Made by a program: the position numbers and the translations under genes
The notes under the pieces: generated by a model
What the model saw: the letters and a program-made list of their open reading frames with translations, nothing else
Told to the model about the DNA's origin: nothing
The model's database searches: none
Part shown: in pieces, positions 56,805 to 64,000 of the stretch
Position numbering within the stretch: the first letter of the stretch is position 1
Layout: each line of letters opens with the position of its first letter
Source of the DNA: Candidatus Multivoradales bacterium
GTDB lineage: Bacteria > Acidobacteriota > Thermoanaerobaculia > Multivoradales > JAHEKO01
Assembly (NCBI GenBank): GCA_965223155.1
Contig: CBDCVR010000015.1
Location: 640,001-704,000 of the forward strand
Direction: 5' to 3'
Length of the DNA: 64,000 nt

Positions 56805-57616
56805 CAGTACGGGGTGTCGCCGCCGTCGATGTTGATCGCCTGCCCGCGGACGATCCGGGCCCGCTCGGACAGGAGAAACGCCACGACGCGGCCGACCTCG
56901 ATAGGCCTGACGTGCCGGCCGAGCTGGGTCGGCACCATCTCCGCGCGAAGAGTCTCGGCGTCAAGGCCGGCCGAGGTGCCGATCCAGTCGGCGACCTCGG
57001 TCAGCATCGACGTATCGACCCCACCGGGACAAACGGCGTTGACGTTGATTCCCGCTCCGGCCCATTCGGCCGCCAGCGACCGGGTGAGGTTGATCACCGC
57101 CGCCTTGGAAGCGTTGTAGGCAGCCATGTTGGGATAGCCCACTTTGCCGGCGTTCGAAGCCACGTTGACGACCGCTCCCCCGGTCCCGGCAGCGGTCCAG
57201 TGCCGAGCGGCCGCGCGCGCGCAAGCCCACACCGCCCGGGCGTTGACCGCAAACTGACGCTCCCATGCGCCGGCGGTCTCTTCGAGAGCCGGCGCCATCG
57301 CCAGAACGCCGGCGTTGTTGACCCAGCCATCGAGCCGGCCGAAGCGTTCGACCGTCTGGTCGATTGCCCCAGCGATCGCCTCCTCGTCGGTGACGTCGAG
57401 TTCGAGTGCCAAGGCGCGATCCTCGGCCACGCCCAGCAGGTGCCCTGGCTCAGGGACGGTCTCGGGGACGATCTCACGGACGGTCTCGCGGGCGGATTCA
57501 CCGTCGAGATCGCTCACCGCCACCAGACCCCCTTCCTCGACGATCGCTCGCGCGATACCGCGACCGATCCCACGCCCGGCACCGGTGACGAAGCAGACCT
57601 TGTCCTGCAAGAACAC
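56804..57616 (-). CDS. Classical SDR oxidoreductase (NAD-type, polyol dehydrogenase-like)
   Basis: TGAGRGIG, acidic SD at the end of beta2, NNAG, YNASK. Confidence 0.92.
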   Translation of the reverse strand: MFLQDKVCFVTGAGRGIGRGIARAIVEEGGLVAVSDLDGESARETVREIVPETVPEPGHLLGVAEDRALALELDVTDEEAIAGAIDQTVERFGRLDGWVNNAGVLAMAPALEETAGAWERQFAVNARAVWACARAAARHWTAAGTGGAVVNVASNAGKVGYPNMAAYNASKAAVINLTRSLAAEWAGAGINVNAVCPGGVDTSMLTEVADWIGTSAGLDAETLRAEMVPTQLGRHVRPIEVGRVVAFLLSERARIVRGQAINIDGGDTPY

Positions 57617-57630
57617 CGCTCGCGCTCCTC

Positions 57631-58434
<804 letters not shown>

Positions 58435-58436
58435 GC

Positions 58437-59738
58437 TCAGAGACCCAAGATTCCGGCTTGCCCGTGGAAGAAGATCCCGGCCAATGCTCCGGTCAGAAGA
58501 GTCGCCACGGTCGCCGCCAGCAACGCACGCAGCGCCAGTCCGGCCAGATCCTCCAGCCGATCCCGCGCCAGCGCCCCGAAGCCGCCCACCGCGATGCCCA
58601 TGCCGCCGACATGGGCGAAGCCGCAGAGAGCGTAGGAAAGGATCAGGATCGAGCGCGGTGAAAGCTCGCGCGCCGACGCCAGGCCGCCTAGCTCCTGGTA
58701 GCTCACCACCTCGGTCAGGATCAGACGCTGGCCCAAGAGCTTGGAAGCCGACGCCAGGTCGGCCGCCTCGATGCCCAGAAGCCAAGCCACCGGCTGGAAG
58801 GCGAAGCCCAGAAGCCCGGCGAGAGTCAAGGGCGTGTCAAGATCGAAGACGAGACCGCCCAGCTTCGCTAGCAGCAAATCCAAGACTCCCACCAAGCCCA
58901 GGACCGCGATCAGAATGGTCGTGATCCCGGCGGCTACCTTGAGGCCGTCCCAGGCTCCCGACGCCAGCGCTCCCATGAAGCTCGCGTGGCGCTCGCTTCG
59001 CGCCATCGGTGGCACGTCCCCCGCCGTCACCGGCTCTCCGGTCTCGGGCAAGATGAGCTTCGCGGCCAGCACCGAGCAGGGAATCGACAGGAGCGACGCC
59101 GAGAGCAGGTGGCCGGCGATCTGCGGGAAGGCGTCCCGCAGGAAGATCACATAGACGGCCAGGGTGGTCGAGGCGACCGTGGCCAGGTTCGAGGCCAGCA
59201 CCGTCAGAAGCTCTGAACGGGTCATGGTGCCGAGATACGGCCGTACCGCGGCCGCGGTCTCGACGCCGAAGAACATGTGGACCGAGCCCGTCAGCGCCTC
59301 GGCCCCGGACAACCGCAGGGTCTTGTGGAAGATCCGGCCGAAGAACCGCACCACCGGCTCGATGACGTTGAGGTGGTGGAGAACCGCCATGAGCGACGCG
59401 AAGAAGATGACCGCGGGCAGCACCTGGGCGGCGAGCACGAAGCCGACCGAGGGCTCGCCGGCGGCGGTGGTCCGGCCTGGGCCGAGGGCCAGGGGACCGA
59501 ACAGGAACTCGGCGCCCTTGGCGCTACTGCTCAGCAAGCCCAGCACGACGTCGTTGGCGATCTCGAGGAGCCGCCGGGTGGCAGGCACCAGAAACACCAC
59601 CGCGCCCAGGCCGAAGGTCAGGATTGTCGAGCCCGCGACCGTGCGCCACGACACCGGCCGGCGGCAACCACCCAGAATCCACGCCAGAGCGCAGAGCGCG
59701 AACCAGCCCAGAAGCGATACGAAGTTGAGGTAGCTCAT
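58437..59738 (-). CDS. Concentrative nucleoside transporter (NupC/CNT family)
   Basis: GAEFLFGPL, QVLPAVIFF, LILTEVVSY, SYALCGFAH. Confidence 0.92.
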   Translation of the reverse strand: MSYLNFVSLLGWFALCALAWILGGCRRPVSWRTVAGSTILTFGLGAVVFLVPATRRLLEIANDVVLGLLSSSAKGAEFLFGPLALGPGRTTAAGEPSVGFVLAAQVLPAVIFFASLMAVLHHLNVIEPVVRFFGRIFHKTLRLSGAEALTGSVHMFFGVETAAAVRPYLGTMTRSELLTVLASNLATVASTTLAVYVIFLRDAFPQIAGHLLSASLLSIPCSVLAAKLILPETGEPVTAGDVPPMARSERHASFMGALASGAWDGLKVAAGITTILIAVLGLVGVLDLLLAKLGGLVFDLDTPLTLAGLLGFAFQPVAWLLGIEAADLASASKLLGQRLILTEVVSYQELGGLASARELSPRSILILSYALCGFAHVGGMGIAVGGFGALARDRLEDLAGLALRALLAATVATLLTGALAGIFFHGQAGILGL

Positions 59739-59841
59739 CCGGTCCTGAGATTATCCATCACGTTGGCGCAGGTTGGGCAGGTCGGGCCATCCGGACAGGA
59801 AGACTCCGGATCGTGCGGACCGAGGGTGGTAGCTTCACGTC

Positions 59842-60384
59842 ATGCAATTGCAACTCGATGACGCCCTCGCGATTCTGGAACGCACGCCGAACACCCTCGA
59901 AGCCATGCTCACCGGTCTTGCCGACGACTGGATCCGGACCGACGAGGGGCCGGACACCTGGAGCGCCTTCGACGTCGTCGGCCACCTGATCCACGGCGAA
60001 GTCACGGACTGGATGGCCCGGCTGGAGCGGATTCGGACCGACGGCCCGGACGTGCCCTTTGAACCCTTTGACCGCTTCGCCCAGTACGAGGCCAGCCGAG
60101 GCAGGTCCCTGGCCGACCTTCTGGCCGAGTTCGCCCGGCTACGCGCCGCCAATCTGGATCGGCTGCGGGGACTCGGCCTGACGCCCAACGACTTCGCCCT
60201 GCCCGGCATGCATCCCGAGCTTGGGCCCGTTACCCTGGGGCAGCTACTGGCCACCTGGGTGGTTCATGACCTCGGGCACATCGCCCAGATCTCCCGGGTC
60301 CTCGCCAAGTGCTACGCCGGCGAAGTCGGCCCGTGGGGCGAGTACCTGCCGGTTCTGAGCGATCGAGAACCGCTCACTCCTTGA
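59842..60384 (+). CDS. DinB-family protein
   Basis: WSAFDVVGHLIHGE and WVVHDLGHIAQI histidine triad. Confidence 0.9.
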   Translation: MQLQLDDALAILERTPNTLEAMLTGLADDWIRTDEGPDTWSAFDVVGHLIHGEVTDWMARLERIRTDGPDVPFEPFDRFAQYEASRGRSLADLLAEFARLRAANLDRLRGLGLTPNDFALPGMHPELGPVTLGQLLATWVVHDLGHIAQISRVLAKCYAGEVGPWGEYLPVLSDREPLTP

Positions 60385-61153
60385 TCTCGAAGAGGTGGTC
60401 CTCCAGAAATTTGAGCTCGTCGATGCCCGAGATCACGATCTCGGGGTCGGTGGCGAACCGGGACCGCTCCGGCTTGTCCGGATACTTCACCTTGCCCAAG
60501 AAATGCTTGATGCAGTTGATCCGCGCTCGCTTCTTGTTGTCCGAACGGATGATCGTCCAGGGAGTAAGCGTCCGGTTCGACTCGCCCAGCATCTGGAACT
60601 TCTTGATCGTGTACTGATTCCATAGATCCTGCGCCTTCTGATCAACGGGCGAGATCTTGTACTGCTTCAACGGATCGTCCACTCGGGAAGCGAAGCGCCG
60701 GGCCTGCTCTTCCTTCGACACCGAGAAGTAGTACTTGAAGAGCTGAATTCCATCCTTGACCAGGAGCTTCTCGAACAGCGGCACGTCCTTCAAGAACCGT
60801 TTGTTCTGCTCATCGGTACAGAAGCCCATGATCGGCTCAACCATGGCACGGTTGTACCAAGACCGGTCGAAGAAGACGATTTCCCCGGCCGTTGGGAGAT
60901 GGGCAACGTAGCGCTGGAAGTACCACTGCGAGCGCTCCCGGTCGCTGGGCTTCTCGAGCGCGACCACGCGCGCGCCCCGGGGGTTCAGATGCTGAGTGAA
61001 CCGCTTGATGGTGCCGCCCTTGCCGGCGGCGTCGCGACCCTCGAACAGAGCAACGACCCGCAGGCCCTCGGCCTTGACGTGGTTCTGGAACTTCAAGAGC
61101 TCCACCTGCAAGCTCTGGAGCTCTTGCCAGTATGCCGACTTGCTCTTGCCCAT
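60374..61153 (-). CDS. ppk2: Polyphosphate kinase 2
   Basis: FEGRDAAGKGG, FDRSWYNR, WTIIRSDNKKRAR. Confidence 0.96.
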   Translation of the reverse strand: MGKSKSAYWQELQSLQVELLKFQNHVKAEGLRVVALFEGRDAAGKGGTIKRFTQHLNPRGARVVALEKPSDRERSQWYFQRYVAHLPTAGEIVFFDRSWYNRAMVEPIMGFCTDEQNKRFLKDVPLFEKLLVKDGIQLFKYYFSVSKEEQARRFASRVDDPLKQYKISPVDQKAQDLWNQYTIKKFQMLGESNRTLTPWTIIRSDNKKRARINCIKHFLGKVKYPDKPERSRFATDPEIVISGIDELKFLEDHLFEIKE

Positions 61154-61170
61154 GGCGGTTCCTCCCCGAT

Positions 61171-62112
61171 CTAGTCCACCAACGCGCCCTGGCGCCGCTG
61201 ACGCTTCATGCGCTTGAGCTCGACGTCGCCGGGCACGACCACGTCGGGGTCGAGCTCGAACGAAAGGCTGCGGCTCCGGCCACGATAGGGAACCAGGCTC
61301 AAAATCAGCTTGATCGTCTCACGCCGCGCCGAGTGCTTGTCGTCTGAGCGAATGATGTACCAGGGGGTCTGTGGCGTGTGGGTCTTCTGCAAGAGCTTGA
61401 ACTTCTTCTCCGTGAACTGATCCCAGAGCTCCTGAGCCTGGAGATCCACCTCGCTCAGCTTCCACTGCCTGAGCGGGTCGTTGCGCCGGCGCCGGAAGCG
61501 CCGCTCCTGCTCGCGTCGCGAGACCGAAAAATAGAGCTTGATGAGGTAGGTGGTGCCGTCGGCGAGCATGCGCTCTTCGTAGCCGGTCACCCGCTTCATG
61601 AAGTTCCGGTATTCCTTCGGACTGCAGAACCCCATCACCGGCTCGACCATCGCCCGGTTGTACCAGCTCCGGTCGAAGAGCACGATCTCGCCGGCGTGCG
61701 GAAACTGCTCGATGTAGCGCTTCATGTGGAGCTCGGTCTTCTGCTCTTCGGTGGGCTTGCCTAGAGCCACGACCCGGTAGCGCTTCTCGTTCATGTAGCG
61801 GGCCACCCGCCGGATCGTGCCGCCCTTGCCCGAGGCATCGCGCCCGTCGAACAGAATGATGACCTTGCGCCCGGTGGCTTCGATGTGCTGCTGCAGCTTG
61901 ATCAGCTCGGCCTGATAGGGCTTCAGTTCCTCGGCCTTGAAGTACCGCTCGAGCGCGGCCTGGACGACCCGCTTGGTTTCCTTCTTCTTCAACTGACGCC
62001 GGGCCGAGCGCGCGACTTCGCGCGGAGCCTCGTCAGGCAGATCGCTCAGGACGCGTGCGACCGCGAGCCGGATCTTGGATTTCGGCTTGACCCTCGCCTC
62101 GGTGCCGGCCAT
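61171..62112 (-). CDS. ppk2: Polyphosphate kinase 2 (second paralog)
   Basis: FDGRDASGKGG, FDRSWYNR, DPLRQWKLS. Confidence 0.95.
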   Translation of the reverse strand: MAGTEARVKPKSKIRLAVARVLSDLPDEAPREVARSARRQLKKKETKRVVQAALERYFKAEELKPYQAELIKLQQHIEATGRKVIILFDGRDASGKGGTIRRVARYMNEKRYRVVALGKPTEEQKTELHMKRYIEQFPHAGEIVLFDRSWYNRAMVEPVMGFCSPKEYRNFMKRVTGYEERMLADGTTYLIKLYFSVSRREQERRFRRRRNDPLRQWKLSEVDLQAQELWDQFTEKKFKLLQKTHTPQTPWYIIRSDDKHSARRETIKLILSLVPYRGRSRSLSFELDPDVVVPGDVELKRMKRQRRQGALVD

Positions 62113-62277
62113 TGCCGGCTGTCGTCTGGTTGCTCCCACGGATGGCTCCCGCTGGTTCCGGATTCCTTCGTCGAAACCTTGATCCTAGACAAAGGCGAGC
62201 GACCGCACACCACCTTTTTGGGTCCGGTCGAACCCATCCCAAGAGACAGGGCTGCTATCCTGCGCTCCGCTCGATTC

Positions 62278-62781
62278 ATGGACCCCGTCTACTACGCCTA
62301 CCTCGACGCTCCGATCGGCCCGTTCCTGGTGGCCGGAGACGGTCGGCGCGTCGTGATGACCAGCTTTTCGACCGGCCGCCAACAACGGCGGCCCGAACCC
62401 GGCTGGATCAAGGATCCCGACCCGATCGAGCCCATCCTGGGCCAGCTCGAGGACTACTTCGCCGGCCAGAGGACCGAGTTCGACGTGGAGCTCGAGGTCA
62501 CCGGCACGCCGTTCCAGCTCGCGGCCTGGCGGGCCCTCCGGACGATTCCCTTCGGTGAGACCCGGTCCTACGGTGATGTCGCCAGAGCCCTGGGCGAGCC
62601 GGGAGCAAGCCGTGCCGTGGGCGCGGCCAACGCAGCCAACCGGCTGCCGATCCTGATCCCCTGCCACCGCGTGATCGGCGCCGACGGCACCCTCACCGGC
62701 TTCGGCGGCGGGCTCGACACCAAGCGCTGGCTCCTCGACTTCGAGGGCGCGCTGCCGCCCGAACAGGAAACGTTGTTCTGA
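62278..62781 (+). CDS. ogt: Methylated-DNA--protein-cysteine methyltransferase
   Basis: [29 protein letters not shown]. Confidence 0.95.
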   Translation: MDPVYYAYLDAPIGPFLVAGDGRRVVMTSFSTGRQQRRPEPGWIKDPDPIEPILGQLEDYFAGQRTEFDVELEVTGTPFQLAAWRALRTIPFGETRSYGDVARALGEPGASRAVGAANAANRLPILIPCHRVIGADGTLTGFGGGLDTKRWLLDFEGALPPEQETLF

Positions 62782-62793
62782 GGAACATAGGAC

Positions 62794-62885
62794 GGTGACA
62801 GGATACCTATCCTGTCGCGATGAACGAGGCTCTTGAAGCTTCAGGGCCGCGAGTTCCCCTTCCCGGAGATACGTATCCTGTCACC
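62794..62885. repeat. 92-bp inverted-repeat (REP/MITE-like) element
   Basis: GGTGACAGGATAC (62794-62806) and its perfect reverse complement (62873-62885), plus an internal palindrome GACAGGATA-CC-TATCCTGTC. Confidence 0.7.
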
Positions 62886-62920
62886 CGATCTCCCCACCCG
62901 ATCTCCCCGGCAATCTCCCC

Positions 62921-63742
62921 CTGATACTTCTCGCGATATTCCTCGCGACCTTTCCGGCGTGCACCAGCGCCGCCACAACGCCTTCAGCTCCGCGCGCCAC
63001 GACGGACGCTCGGGACCCGGCAGGCGCCGAGCCCGAGACCGGCGGCTCCGAAACTGACCACCCGACTTGGCGGTTGGCGGACGACCTCGAAGTCACCGCC
63101 ATCGCTCCGGGCATCTGGCTCCACACCACCTGGCGCGCCCTCGAAGGCGGGCGGCGCTTTCCGTCGAATGGGCTCGTCGTGCGCAACGGACGGGAGGCCG
63201 TGCTCGTCGATACGGCCTGGGGCACCGAGCCCACCGAACGACTCTTGGAATGGATCGATGGGGCTCTGGGTCTTCAGGTAACCGCCGCCGTCGCCACGCA
63301 TTTCCACGACGACCGGCTGGGCGGCGCGCCGGCACTGGCGCGGCGAGGCATCTCGGTCTCGGTTTCGGAAGCCACCCAGCGCCTGGCCCGGAACGAAGAC
63401 CGTCCGTACCTGGCCGCCCTCGGGCAGCTCGCGCCCGGGCAAGCGCTCGCATTCGGTCCGCTCGAGCTCTTCTTCCCGGGACCAGCCCATACCTAGGACA
63501 ATCTGGTGGTCTGGCTGCCCGATCTCGAGATTCTCTTTGGCGGCTGCGCCGTCCGGCCGGCATCCGAGGCGGGCATGGGCAACACCGCCGACGCCGACCT
63601 CGAGGCCTGGGCAGCATCCATCCGGCGCGTGCGCGACCGCTACCGGCCCCGGCTCGTCATTCCAAGCCACGGGCAGGCGGGTACCGCCGATCTCCTCGAC
63701 CACACCATCGCGCTAGCCGAGGCCGCAGTAAGCGGCCCCTAG
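62921..63742 (+). pseudogene. Subclass B1 metallo-beta-lactamase, interrupted by an in-frame TAG (63494-63496), with no normal in-frame start before the signal peptide
   Basis: One frame reads LILLAIFLATFPAC...FPSNGLVV...LVDTAW...THFHDDRLGG...FPGPAHT*DNLVVWLP...LFGGC...IPSHG. Confidence 0.88.
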
Positions 63743-64000
63743 AGTTGCGGGTGAAGTTCTGGTGACGGGATTCCCGTCCCGGTCGCTGCAAATGGGACGG
63801 CCCTTAAGTATCAGAGGCCGCGAAGCCTCCCGGAAGATGGGTATCCTTCTATGAGTCGGTCGGTTGGCGTCAAGAGTTTCGTTTCTTCTTTTTGTAGTTT
63901 TCCTTAGGTTTGGATCGAGGCTTGGGACGAGCTTCTATTCGCACTCTGTAGGGTTCTTCTTTGAACCGGTGCATGGTGAGTTTTGCGTCCGTTTAGGAAT

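Noticed and set aside
63494-63496. Genome-wide TAG reassignment or pyrrolysine
   Set aside because: Several conserved genes (nrdB, tkt, ppk2, sulfatase-like) end at TAG at their expected C-termini; no pyl genes or suppressor tRNA in the window
63760-64000. AT-rich sequence at the window end as an IS end or the start of a new island
   Set aside because: The composition shift is real, but there is no ORF or terminal-repeat partner within the window, so it cannot be assigned

Overview
64-kb window from a high-GC bacterium. The VWA/sulfatase/DUF4097 gene content suggests an Acidobacteria-like organism, but this is inference. Most of the window is housekeeping and metabolic genes: tyrS end, nrdAB, gltA, acnA, sucA, gltX, glnS, tkt, two ppk2, ogt, two Fe(III)/AfuA-class ABC systems, tRNA-Gln(CTG) and tRNA-Ser(GCT). 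Most notable: (1) a lower-GC island at about 46.15-52.9 kb carrying a compact candidate RiPP locus (57-aa precursor-like peptide, standalone HExxH aKG-oxygenase-like protein and SAM methyltransferase, with no radical SAM partner) facing an ABC-transporter operon; (2) a PfkB kinase fused to a queuosine-salvage (Qng1/DUF2419)-like domain with a C-terminal four-Cys Fe-S motif, at the end of an ABC+MFS operon and probably starting at CTG; (3) a Chlamydia-type class Ic (Mn/Fe, no tyrosyl radical) ribonucleotide reductase with tandem NrdR boxes; (4) a six-unit, ~126-bp tandem array of a CTAG-ended palindromic REP/MITE-like element; (5) an orphan intergenic sRNA candidate with an ECF-like promoter and an intrinsic terminator; (6) a subclass B1 metallo-beta-lactamase gene with all zinc ligands intact but an in-frame TAG and a disrupted 5' end. 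All family calls come from motif recognition by eye; no database searches were run.
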